This document shows positions 35,326 through 46,571 of a stretch of DNA of 64,000 bases, piece after piece (the stretch's first letter is position 1; the number at the start of each line of letters is the position of its first letter). This DNA comes from Cyanophora paradoxa CCMP329 (Eukaryota; Plantae; Glaucophyta), in NCBI GenBank assembly GCA_004431415.1, contig QPMI01000232.1, positions 1 to 64,000 of the forward strand. The letters are read 5' to 3'. The notes beneath the pieces were generated by a model. The model was given only the letters and a program-made list of their open reading frames with translations, was not told the DNA's origin and did not search any database. The position numbers and the translations under genes were made by a program.

Positions 35326-38236
35326 ATGTTCAAGGATTACGTTCTCGTGCGTGTCCCCGCCGGCCGCTCCGCTTGCAGAAGTTGTAGACGGGCCGGGTCA
35401 AACGTTGCGATGGCGGCGTCGGCTGACTTGCGCCGCGCCCATGCGGCATGCGCAGACGACCGTGCCCGCCGCTCGGCCGCGGACGGGCGCGGAGCCCAGG
35501 CTCCCGGCGGACGTCGGCGTTGAGAACGACGAGCTCTCTGGCGTCGTGCGTTCTGTGCAACTGGGGCAGCCCTGCCCTTCAGCTTCTTCTCGCCTCGGCC
35601 TGGGTGGATTGTTTCTAGATGATCATGATGCGATGATGTATATATATCGCGTAATTGCGCATCCACGACCACATGTTAACTAGAGCTCGATAGATGCGCA
35701 ATACCTAGAGCTCGACAGACCGCGCATCCACATGTCTAAGCCGCCGCGCCGGCAGGTCGTCCACGACCGCAGCGGGCTGAAGGCCGAGGCCGCCATCGAG
35801 CGCGACGAGGTCTCCTACGGCTCGGTGCGAAGGAGCCGGCGCCGCATCCTGCGCCGGTCCGGACTTGAGGCCGTCCGGCCGTCTGAACGGGACCGCAGTT
35901 CATGCTCGAGAAGCGGGCGGAGGGGTCCGAGGAGGCCGCCGTCGAGAACGACGAGGTCTTCCACGGCATCGTGCGCCCCTGACTAAGGCCGAGGGATTCA
36001 CCGTCTCTTACTGAGAGGAGGCCGCTCAGATCATCGACCAGCGCCGCGCGGAGGACGTCGAGAACGACGAGGTCTACAGCGCTTCCAGTGTCGTGCGTCG
36101 CCTCCTGCGGCCAGTCCGCCTCGGACCGTGTCCCGTCCGTGATCTTCGGCGCGGTAAGGTGGTGCACGACCGGCGGGCCACCGACGACGGCGTCGAGAAC
36201 GACGAGCTCTCCTACGGCGGGGTCCGGCGCCTTGATTTCCTCCCTGTCCAGCAGCTGCCTTTCTGCTCACGACCCCGAAACCCGCAGTTCATGCCGGAGA
36301 AGCGGGCCGAAGAGGGCACGCGCATCGACAACGACGAGCTCTCGTACGGAGTGGTGCGCGGCTCTACTAGCTATAGGCTAGATCGCGACGTCGACACGAT
36401 TTCCAAGATGCTCTAGATCTCCCTCCCCTTACACGTCTCCGCTTCCCCCCCGGCCCCCTGGTGAAGATTGCGGGCAGGTGGTACACGAGAAGCGGGCCGA
36501 GGAAGACGTCGATAACGACGAGCTCTCGTACGGCGTGGTGCGCCGCCGCCTTCAGCTTACAATTACCTCGAGCTGCCAGGCGGTGCAGCTGTCCCCTGCT
36601 CCCCTCTGATCTCCCGCAGATCATCCACGAGCGTGGGTACAAGGCCGACGTCGACGAGGGCATCGACAACAACGAACTCTCCTACGGCATCGTGCGCTAC
36701 GCCCTGCTCTACTAAATTCCCCTCACGAAGCACTCCTCATCGCCCCCGCAGATTGTCCACGAACGCAGCTACAAGGCGGAGGCCGATCGCGGGGATGCCA
36801 TCGAGAACGACGAGGTCTCCTACGGCGGGGTTCGCCCCCTTCTTCACCCCCGGCGGCCAATCTCCTCGTGACTGTCGCCGCAGTTCATGCTCGAGAAGCG
36901 CGCTGAGGGCGACGAGGAGGTCGCCATCGAGAACGACGAGGTCTCCCACGGGGTTGTGCGCCGTACCCGCCCGCACAAAACTGAATTCGAATCCGAGCGC
37001 TGACGATCCGGATGTGTGTGTGCAGATCATCTGGGACAAGCGCCCGCAGGCCACCGACGAGGGCATCGAGAACGACGAGCTCTCCTACGGAGTGGTGCGC
37101 TGGCCGTCGTCTGGAGACGCTTCGATTTGCGCGTGCCAACTCGATGCTTGCAGATTATCAACGACCGGCGGGCCACCGACGACGGGATTGACAACGACGA
37201 GCTCTCCTACGGCGGGGTCCGGCCCTGCCAGCCCCTGCCCTAGCCGTCTGCGCGACTCTGCAGCAGGTGATGCTTGAGCGGAAGGGGTACGCCGCGGACG
37301 AGACCGCGATCGAGAACGACGAGGTCTCCTGCGGCAGCGTTCGTTCCCCCTTTGATCTGTATCTCTCCCTTCCTCGACCCTTGAGTTCGCCCCTCAGGTG
37401 ATGCTGGAGAAGCGCGCGGAAAACGAGGACGAGGAGGCCGTAATCGAGGTCGACGAGGTCTCGTACGGAATGGTGCGTTGAACTTCGCTATGTATACGTA
37501 TAGCTAGCTATATAGCGCCCGGCCTTCGCTAAATTGTTTGTGCCCTGATTGTGATCATCGGCCGCTCAAATTGCAGATGATCGAGAGGAAGGGGCTGAAG
37601 GCCGAGCTCGAGGCCGACGACGGGATCGACAGCGACGAGCTCTCTTACGGCGGGGTATCTCCCTCGCCTCCCGCGCCTGAACGCGTCCCTTACCTTCTAC
37701 AGATGGTGATCGAGCGGAAGGGGTACGCCGCGGACGAGGCCGCCGTCGAAGTTGACGAGGTCTCCTACGGCGGGGTCCGGCCCCGCTCCCGAGTCCTCCC
37801 TCGAGACTTCGCTCTTGTTTTAAACCTCCGGTCCCGCAGTTCATGCCTGAGAAGCGCGCGGAGAGCGACGAAGCCGCAATCGAGAACGACGAGGTCTCGT
37901 ACGGCAGCGTTCGTTCCCCAGGCCAATTGCCGCGCCGCAGCCGCCTCCCCTCGTGACTTTCGCCGCAGTTCATGCTCGAGAAGCGTGCCGACGGGGACGA
38001 CGAGGCGCCGCTCTTCGTCGAGGAGCGCGCCGCCCAGGTCCGGATCCCTTCCCCCTCCCCTGGATCTGACCGCTGCCACCCTGACGAACCGCAGGCTGGC
38101 GACTTCGCCGCCGCCGACGCCGAGGTCTTCGAGGTCAGTCCCTTCGATCCCTTGGGACGTGCAGCTCTCCTCGCCGACCGTCGCTGCTCCGCAGGCCGAG
38201 GACGTGGCCGTCGAGGAGGAGGCCTGGCTTCTTTAA
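35326..38236 (+). CDS. 21-exon, ~457-aa acidic tandem-repeat protein with 17 [IV][ED]xDE[LV]SYGx-hhh[ED](KR/RR/RK) units; multicore precursor-like
   Basis: Exons: 35326-46, 35456-545, 35756-824, 35899-970, 36030-092, 36159-221, 36288-353, 36478-537, 36620-691, 36752-829, 36884-955, 37026-094, 37154-216, 37267-338, 37398-472, 37577-654, 37703-774, 37840-908, 37969-38037, 38095-133, 38195-236. All 20 introns are GT-AG and phase 0. The spliced frame is open from gccATG to TAA. Confidence 0.9.
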
Positions 38237-38541
38237 ATCCGAAGCCTTCATGATCAGGGCTCAAGCGGGTCGCGGAGCCTCGGAGCGGCTGCGGTCCCGC
38301 CGATCCGGAGCGCCCCATTCCCGGCCCCTTCCTGTACGTATGCATATGTACAGCACTTGTAATCCAGCGACGCCCCCTCCCGAGGGGCGCACAGAGGTAG
38401 AGGCACGAGGCGGATCGAGAGAGACGGGCTGGCCGGAGAGACGGGCGCTGGGGAGGCCGAGGAGAGAGCGCGCGGGGAGAGCAGGGGGCGCACGAAGGGC
38501 GACGGCGTTGACGCACTGCCCGCCGACGCAGATGCGGGGCG

Positions 38542-40284
38542 ATGGGCAGCAGAACGAAGCGAGGCGCTCTTCTGGGAGCTCTTCGTGAGCGCCGAGCTGC
38601 GGGGCGAGGGCTCGAGCTCCCGGGGCGCGCCCCCCCCCCCCCCCCTCCCCCCCCGCCCCCGCCCGCCGTCTGGAGGATATATATACCCGGCCCCCGCCCC
38701 GGGCCCGGGGCGGAGCCAGCGCCCCTCCCCGAGGCGGACGTGGACGCGCTCTTCGTCAAGCTTTCGAGCCTCGCGATCAATTCCGACACCCCCGCCCCCC
38801 GCTCCCCTCGGCCCCGGCTCGCCCGCCCCTTTCGACGAGCCGCCGCCCCCGCCCCCGCCCCTCCCGCCCCCGTCCCCTTCTCCCCCCCTCCCTACATCCT
38901 GAATCCCCACAAGGAGGACGAGTTCATGGTAGCCCCCTGCTGCTCCCAGATGCCTTCCCGCCGCCTTGCAACCCCGGGCCCGCAGCGCCGCGTGACCGCG
39001 GAAGAGGCCGCCGGCGCCGGCTCAGCCCTCGCCGTCCTGTTGGGCGACCCCCGGTACCCCTCCCCGCTCCGAACCCGGCCCACCCCGCTCCTGAGACTCA
39101 CCCCATGGGAGCGTCCTGGGTACCCCCGTCTTCCGCACGCTTGCTAGAAGAATACGTACCCGTCATCTCTTCGTGGTGAGCGCTGCCTTTCGAAATACCT
39201 CTTGAAGACCGAACAGAGCGTTCGCCCAGCTCGTTCGCATTGCTGTCGCCGGCTCCGGGATCCTCCGGCCCCGGGCGGTTCCGCGCTTTCTTCCCTCCCC
39301 CTTCGGTCTGCTTGCCACTTTCTGCGACCGATTCTGTACTAGTACTCCCGACCGGGGCTCATAAATATTTATCCCCCCACCCCACCCCACCCCCCCCACT
39401 TCCCCTCCCTGCGTTCAGTTCGACTCGATCCTCCGCTCCCTCGCACTCAACCTCCTCACTGGCCCTTCCTCCGAGGCTCGTACCCCACCCTGTGAGTTCG
39501 ATGTAGCCCACCACCTTACCCCCTCCCCCTGTCTTCCCCTCCTAATTGTTTTGCTCCAGGGAGGAGGCGCGCGGAGCGCGCCTGCAAGAACATTTGGAAC
39601 TTCGTCATCGTCGTCACCTCGGGTGCGTCCGCGGAAGGCGTACCCCCGCAGCTGTCCGCCCCGCCCCCCTCACGTCTGCGTGCCCCCCAGACTTCGCCGT
39701 TATATCCCCCGACTTCATGCTCCTCCCCCTCGAGGAGGCGCGCCGTACCCCTCTCCCCCCGGCCCCCCCTCCCCAATCGATCGGCAGGTCCTCGCGCTAC
39801 ACCGGCGCGCGATTGAGATTGCAAAGGAGGCCGTCGAGAGGTGCGTACGCGCGCAGGACGGACCTTAAGCTTGCAATTAACTCACCAAACTGGGCGCGCC
39901 CGGCCGTGCACGGGGCCGGCGGCAGGTTTGGACGCCTAGTGCGAACGGATCTCCTCGCAACGACTGCAAAGGTGGGCGAGCTTGCGCGAAAGTGCGGCTC
40001 GAATTGGCGCCTACGGTACTCGTGTAATCAGCTCTGACCGCGGCTGGCTGGCGGGGGCAGGTGCGGGCGGGGTTCAGCCTGCGGCAGTTCGGCCACCTGC
40101 GGGCGGCTCTGGAACTCCAGTTCGAGGTGCGCTGGCCATGGGCCGAGCACAGGCCACGGGGTCTCACGATTTAAACCAAATTGCTCGGATAGGTCCGGCC
40201 AGGCAGGGAGGGGGTTGCCAGCTGTTTCGAGCGCTGTTTCCAGCGGCTCGGCCGGACCATTCGGGGTCTCACGATTGAGCGCCT

Positions 40285-40332
<48 letters not shown>

Positions 40333-41051
40333 AGGCCTGGGACGCCCTGCCCCGCTTGCGGGTATGTACATATGTTGCTGCCTTCCGCCCCGCATCGGCG
40401 CCCCGGCCCCCGCCCGGGGGCTGAGCAGCCCGGGCCCGGCGTGCACGGGCAGGTGTACCCCCACCGGCTCGAGTGCGAGGTCCTGCGGGGACTGTGCGAG
40501 CTGCACGGTGCTGCCGTACCCCCCATCCGATCCCCGGCCGGCCGCGCTCACGGGGCGAGGCGCGGGGCTAGCGCTCGCAGTGCAAATCGAGCGGCCGGAC
40601 CTGGCGCGGCACTTCTCGAAGCGCCTCTACTGGTGCGAGGAGAGCTCGAGCCTGTTCAGCCCGCCAAGAAGCGCTCTAGATCTGCAGGCTTAGCGTGCTG
40701 CATATATCCTTTCGTTTCGGGCTGATTACGAAGCTCTATGGCGTCGCCAGGTTCGAGGAGACGGACGACGACACGGAGTTCAAGGCCTCCTGCCTCCAGA
40801 CCCGCGGCCCGCCCACCCAGCCCTGCCCCGCCCAGCGCTCCCGGAGTCCAAGGCCTCTCCAGGCCGCTCATCAGAAGGGGCCGCAGCGTACATCGACTGG
40901 CACGAGGGGGACCCCGCCGCCGCCGCCGAGGGGTACCGCCGCGCCGCCGACACCGTCCGCGGTCCGGATCCGCCCACGCGCCGCCGGCCGGGCCGTGGCC
41001 CCGGCCCGATCTAGATCAGCGATCAAAATTCGAACTGCGATATCGATGTGA
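38542..41051 (+). CDS. Multi-exon hypothetical protein (boundaries approximate)
   Basis: Splice-flanked coding-like segments: EADVDALFVKLSSLAINSD, PPYILNPHKEDEFM, FDSILRSLALNLLTG, ACKNIWNFVIVVTS, DFAVISPDFMLLPLEE, VLALHRRAIEIAKEAVER, QIERPDLARHFSKRLYWCEE and FEETDDDTEFKASCLQ. Confidence 0.5.
40172..40261 (-). mobile_element. Second copy (90 bp) of the structured mini-retroposon, in an intron, with a 15-bp target-site duplication
   Basis: The reverse complement shares GCCGCTGGAAACAGCG and GGCAACCCCCTCCCTGCCTGGCCGGACCTATCCGAGCAA with the copy at ~18296-18365. Flanked by CGGGGTCTCACGATT at 40157-40171 and 40262-40276. Confidence 0.85.
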
Positions 41052-41554
41052 ACGTTAACTGATCGGTCCGGATCCTGGTCTAAAATAGAATCCGCATCGG
41101 CGAAGCACGTCCGCGTCTAAAATTCTCCTCGGGACGTGGAGCAAAACTGAGCACGTTTAGAATGCATAATGACGCAGTTTCTAGCTTAATTATATATATG
41201 AGCAACGACTTTTTTATTTCGCGCGAATTTCTCGCCGTGCACTGCGGCTTTGGAAGGCTCAGAATACTATGATATTTAATTTTAATGCAAGTGCAATCTA
41301 GCTGAGGGTAGGGTGATTATCAAAGGCATCAGATTGCACGCAGAAGGGTGCAGGGTGCAATCGATATCCGTGGCACGGATATTTATAAAGAGATCAAGCT
41401 TTCAAGTTTGGAAGAGCTTTGGAGAGTTTTCGTGATGATGCAGCAGTTACCGTTCATAGTATCGATTACAATTTAAAGCTTCAAGAAGAAAGAAGAAGCG
41501 CGAGCGCTGCACATGCTGCTAGTCATGAGAAGAAAGTTGAAAGCGTCGCAATTA

Positions 41555-42536
41555 TCACGAAAAAAGGGGAGTGCCGGCGTGGGCGGCCCTTTTGCATGGC
41601 GGGGCGCCCTCGCGGACGTCCTTGCAGCACGTCCACTGCGCGACCTGCCGGACCGTGCGCGACGTCTGCTTCTCGACAGCCTTCTTGAGAATACCTTTGC
41701 AGATATCGCAATACAGTGGTCCCCGATCCCTCCAGCCGCGGTCGTGCGGGTGCGGGTGCACATGCTCCGGGCATTCGCTTTTCGTGAAGTCCTCCTTCAG
41801 GTCGACCACCTGACAGAAGGCGAAGGTCCCGGAGTGGTGCGCACAGGCAAGAGATGCCAAGGGATCATTGCCGCCTTCACGCTTCTGGTACACGATTCCG
41901 CACGTATTGCAGCGGAAAAGCTCTGTCGAAAACTGTGGTATTAGCGCTCATTGTCCCGCAATGAACACGCGCTCGCGATCGATCGCAATCGCGCGCAATT
42001 AGAAGCTAAAGCTTGCGCTCGAGCTCACCCTTCTTAATTTCCTGTACGACGCCGAAGTAGTCTGCCTCGGCGAGGAGGACGCGCAGCTCCGTCGGGTCGC
42101 TCGGGACGGCGAGGACGCCGTTGGAGAGATAGCCGAGGATCGCCGCGAAGGCGCCCGGGTCGCGGTCGACGACGTACGCGCCCTCCGCCGTCCGCGCGCT
42201 CGGGATCCTGCATAAGCCGCGAAAATGTGAGGCGCGAAAGAATGGAATCGCGCCTGCGGTTGCCTCGCGACTGACTGATATCGATCTCGCGCGCATGCGC
42301 ACCTTCCTTCGAGAAGCGCGGTGAAGAATGTGGCGCCGGGGCTCGACAAGAGAGTGGCGCGGGTCGTCTTGAACTCGCTCCCGCGGACGTCGAGCAGAAT
42401 GTAATCCTGTGCGAAGCGAAGCGGAGTGTGCGTGCACGTGTTGATTAGTTCCGGCAGCTCGCTCTTCCGCGCGAAATTATATTTGCGACGAGGCAACTTT
42501 TGCAGTCGCAGTTTGCAGTTTGCAGGACCTCACCAT
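41555..42536 (-). CDS. KCTD-type BTB/POZ protein with a C-terminal CHORD-like Cys/His zinc-binding domain (paralogue 1)
   Basis: Exons ATG 42536-34, 42406-303, 42207-029, 41922-555, all GT-AG and in frame. DYILLDVRGSEFKTTRATL...YVVDRDPGAFAAILGYL...LLAEADYFGV is a T1-type BTB. It is followed by CNTC..Y...CAHHSG.F...WTCC...C...H. Confidence 0.88.
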
Positions 42537-43399
42537 TGCGGTGCTCGTGCCAGCTGCTGCTGCAGATGTGCACGCGGCAGGTCGCGCGCGCTTGGCTGCA
42601 GTGGTCATTCGATCGGAAACTCCGAACTCGGAACTTCGAAATTCGGCAGCTGCTCGCATGCAGTACGTCACTTAAAAATTCGAATTCTCCCTCCCCTCCT
42701 TTTAAAAAGTCCCCTATAGCTAGCTCCCCCGAGCTCAATTAATATAGCACTGCACGCCAAGCCCCTCAGAAATCCGCGACTTGGAGAACGAAGCGCGGTG
42801 TACCCCAAATCTTTGTTGACCAGCCGCGGCCGGAAGCCGGCGTGAGCGCCGGGGGCGCTGTGCTCGCAGTAGTAGTATCGGAGAGCCCACCCCAGCACTT
42901 TGAGCGCCTGGCCGGGCGATTTCGGGCCACTCGGGGTCGGTTCCCGTCCCGGGCCGCCCCGTGAACCCTTTTTCGAGCCAGCAGCGTCTGGAACAACTAG
43001 TGAGGGTCTAAAAAGAGTGGTCCCTCGTTAAGAACGCCCGCCCGCGCCGCCCGCGGCCCTTGACCCGCTCCGCCTCGTCAGCAGAGACCGCGCCTTCGTC
43101 GGGCTACAGGGCGGTGCCGGAGCATCGTCAACCGTCCAAGGATGCCATCTACCGCTCTCGGAACGCGGAGAAGGGCGCCGACGCCACGTATTCCACACAA
43201 GATCAACGAGAGCTCGCTCGGGCACGCGGGAGATTCAAGCTTCCTCCTTTGACTCCGCAGAACGAGGGGCGAACGCCCAAGACTAGGCACCTGGTATGCC
43301 CTTCTTTCGTTCTGTGCTATCCGCGCCCGCCGCGCACCGGCGTCGCCCGCCGCGCCGCGGATCTTCTGACCGACCCCCCACGCGTCGCAGCTAGCGCGG

Positions 43400-44670
43400 T
43401 CCAACCGCCGAGCTCCGGCGCCGCGGTGGCGGCTCCCGGTCACGCCGGTGCGCATCCCTCGCCGGTCGCTTCGTCTCAGACGCATCCGCGCTGACTTTCC
43501 GACCGTCTAGAACTGCCGGTGAAGCTGGCTTATCGTCCAGGAAGCTCAGGATCGACCGCCGAGAACGAGGTGAGGGCCCCGCGCTTGCCCGCCACCGCGC
43601 CCGCCCGCCACCGCGCTGCTGAACGGTTTCCGCGCAGCAAAAGGAGCCGAAAAGGAGCTTTCGTTCTCGATAGAAGCACCTGAGCGCCGGCAGCAGCAAC
43701 CGGAGCAGCGAGCGCTCTTGGAGATCGGTGCGCCTGCCTGCGCCGCGCGCGCACGCCCGCCCGCCCAGTGCGCCCGCTGATGTCGCCACCCGCGGCTCTC
43801 GCGCAGAGCGATGAGGCTCCGCGCGGCGTAGGCGGCAGCAGCCGGCGGCGGGATTCGAGAGGGGCAGCTAGACTGCACCACCACCTTAGCGGGGCTGCAT
43901 CCCCCCCCTCCTCTGCGGCCCTCCCGGGCTGCGGCCCCCTCCGCCCCGCCTTCTCTCTCTGTTCAGCGCTCTGTCGGTAGAGCGCCAGTAGCTCGCCAGC
44001 GTCCTGAGATCTTGATAATGAGATCGTGATTCTCGAGAAACCTGCCCCGCCTGCGCCGTCTGGGCCAGCGAGCGCTCTGTTAAGCATGCAGAATGCTGTA
44101 AATGCATATATATGATCTATATCTCGCTTCCCGCGCAGGTGCCCCCACCCCAAGCCTTCTGGAGGAGCAGGCGATCTCCGCTGCGGATGCACCCCCGGGG
44201 GCCGCGCTCCAGCTGCGCATGCTCTTCTAAATTGTGCATCGATCTGCGTTAGCGTCGGCCCGGCGGCCCTCGCAGTAAGCAGCGAAATCGAATCTCCCAG
44301 GTGCCACCCCCCCACTGGAGCAGGTGCCGCTGGCGGCGGGGGTGCGTGCCGCCGCCCGTACGCGAGCTCTGCGCGTGCTCTAGATGTCCCTCATGGCCCT
44401 AGACATCTCAGCCCGCACCGCCCCGCCGTCGCAGCCATGCCATCTGGAAACGCATGACATGCTTGATTGCACACGAGCGCGCATCTGCCTGAGGCGCGGC
44501 AGGACACGCAGGCGGGGCGTTCGCGGGCCTAAGCGATGCGGGCCAGCGGTGAGCGGCCTCCGCGACGGCGAAAGATGCCTCGGCGGCGCAGGGCCTGCGA
44601 GCGGCGGGTCGGTCAGGGCGCGGAGTGTGCGAGGGGGGCCGCGCAGGGCTTCACCACGCACTCATTAGTG
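43400..44670 (-). pseudogene. Possible degenerate multi-exon gene (F-box-like start, uncertain)
   Basis: ATGA|GTGCGT...CTGAC...CGCAG intron pattern near 44665-44595 and coding-like stretches in ORF 43530-44315. No consistent spliced frame was recovered. Confidence 0.25.
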
Positions 44671-45105
44671 ATGGCTGCACTAGCTATGAGCGGCAGGATC
44701 GATACGAGGCTCGCGGCGGGCGGCCGGCCGGCCCCGCGGGCGGCCGAAGGTGCTCGTCGCCTGCCGACGGTCCGAAGCTCACACGGCTCGCCCGGGGACG
44801 CGGCAAGGTGCGATCCCGACCTTATCTAACACGCTGAGAACGTTGGTTGCGCTTGCGAGCGACCTGGCTCCGCGGAAGTCGCAAGACGGTGCACGCGAGA
44901 TGGGTCGCGCGCCGGGAGCTAGCGCAAAGCCGTCACAGGTGCTGCCACCATGCTACCGGGGGCTAGGAGCGCGTCGGCGGGCCGCGCAGAGCGCTGCTGT
45001 CGGGGAGAGGCGGACCTCAGGCGGTGCTTGTGTATCACAAGCCGGCTAGTTGCAACGTTTTTAGCAGAGAATTTTTTTCCGGCCCGGCGGCGAGCAGTGA
45101 GCGTT

Positions 45106-45345
45106 TTTTTTTTTGAGAGACTACGGTGGGGCGAACCCCCCGTAGGTAGTGATATTAAAGACAACAATACAGTAAACTAGCACAAAATATATACAGAATC
45201 AAGAGGGATCACGAGAAGGGACACGATCAGAAGAACGCAAAAGATAAGGAGAACGAGCACGAGGAGAAGGAGTAGAAGAACTCAAGGGCGTCGACGCAGA
45301 ATTACTAGTCACACTAGAACGACGAGGAGCACGGGGACGCAGCAA
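45106..45345 (-). mobile_element. 5'-truncated non-LTR retroelement 3' end (poly-A tail, stem-loop, 10-bp TSD)
   Basis: T11 at 45104-45114 on the plus strand. Stem-loop CTACGG.GGGG-CGAA-CCCC.CCGTAG at 45121-45145. AGTGAGCGTT is duplicated at 45096-45105 and 45346-45355. The interior shows strong purine/pyrimidine strand skew. Confidence 0.8.
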
Positions 45346-46051
45346 AGTGAGCGTTAGCGCCAGCTAGAATTAATATTAAAGCTCTAGAAATATATTGAAG
45401 AGCGAATATTTGGTCGGAATCCAGGCCAATCCAGTCGGAATTAAAGCGGAGATCTAGACTGGGAAGTGCACGTGCACGTGCATTTTAGATCAGCCGAGAT
45501 GAAAAGCATTTTTGATCTCCCGCCAGAACGTTAACCTCGCCGCGCGAAAGTTGGTCTCGGAGGTCGCTGCGCCTCGCGATCGGCCCCCTCTTCAGCCCTC
45601 GACAGCGCAAGGCCCTCTCCGCCGAACTGCCCTTCCCGGGACTCGCCGGCCGGAAGCACTGCTAGCTAGCGGAGCTAGCCGCGAAACTGGCCTTTTCCTT
45701 GTCGCCTTTGTATGACCAAACATCATTCCGCGAGAGACTGAGCATAGATTGGCATTCAGAGGCGTTCTCGAGGGGAGCTCAGAGTCTAGCTCGTGTTAAA
45801 CGCTTCGAATTCGGTATCTCGCCAATCGCGCCTCCTATTTTAATTCGAACAGACGAGTGCCGAATCTACCCGGTGCAAAACTCTTACAGGCTAGCGCTGC
45901 GAAAGCGGCGTAATTCGCTGGAGTGTGAAAATTCATATGATTACAATCGCGGGAAAATCAAAGTGAATGCCGTTGCCGTTCACGTTGGACCGCGAAACCG
46001 ATCGGTCGACTATCTAGCCGAAGATGCTTGCTATTTGTAGACTGAACCTGT

Positions 46052-46117
46052 TTCGCCAAGCCTGCCTCAGCCTTATTTAAGCTTGATTTAAATCAGGCTG
46101 AAGCAGGCTCCGGCGAA
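46052..46117. repeat. Imperfect 66-bp inverted repeat (MITE-like)
   Basis: TTCGCC..AGCCTGC.TCAGCCT.ATTTAA pairs with TTAAAT.AGGCTGA.GCAGGCT..GGCGAA. Confidence 0.6.
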
Positions 46118-46571
46118 CCCCCTTTTACTAATTCGGGAACTTCAGAACCCGGCAGTTATTTCGAATTCGAGTCCCCTCCTAGGCTAGCTTTCACTAGCTC
46201 GACTTCTAGCCAAAGTTAAAGAACTATAAAGTCTCTGCCGCCGACCGGCCTTTCACAACTCGTTTTCTCCTCGAATCGACCCGGTGCAAAATTCTTACAT
46301 GCTGCGAAAGCGGTGCTGCGGCTGGTGCGACCTCTATACTATGATAGCGATGTGAAAGCAGAAAGCGCTGCGGCGCGCGGAGCTACCCTGGCTAGTACTT
46401 TTGCCTCCCAGTCCACATCCAGTGCGAAAATTCGTAATTTACATAGCGGGAAAGGTGAATATTAATAAATGCCGTTGCGGTTGTGGACCGAGAAACGAAT
46501 GCCGCGGGCCATATTTATAGCCTATAGCTCTAAGCTCGAGGTACGTGCTGCGAATTGCTGCCGGGGCCGTA

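Noticed and set aside
35326-38236. True proenkephalin homologue
   Set aside because: No signal peptide, no Cys-rich N-terminal domain and no dibasic site before YGGFM; most cores deviate from it.
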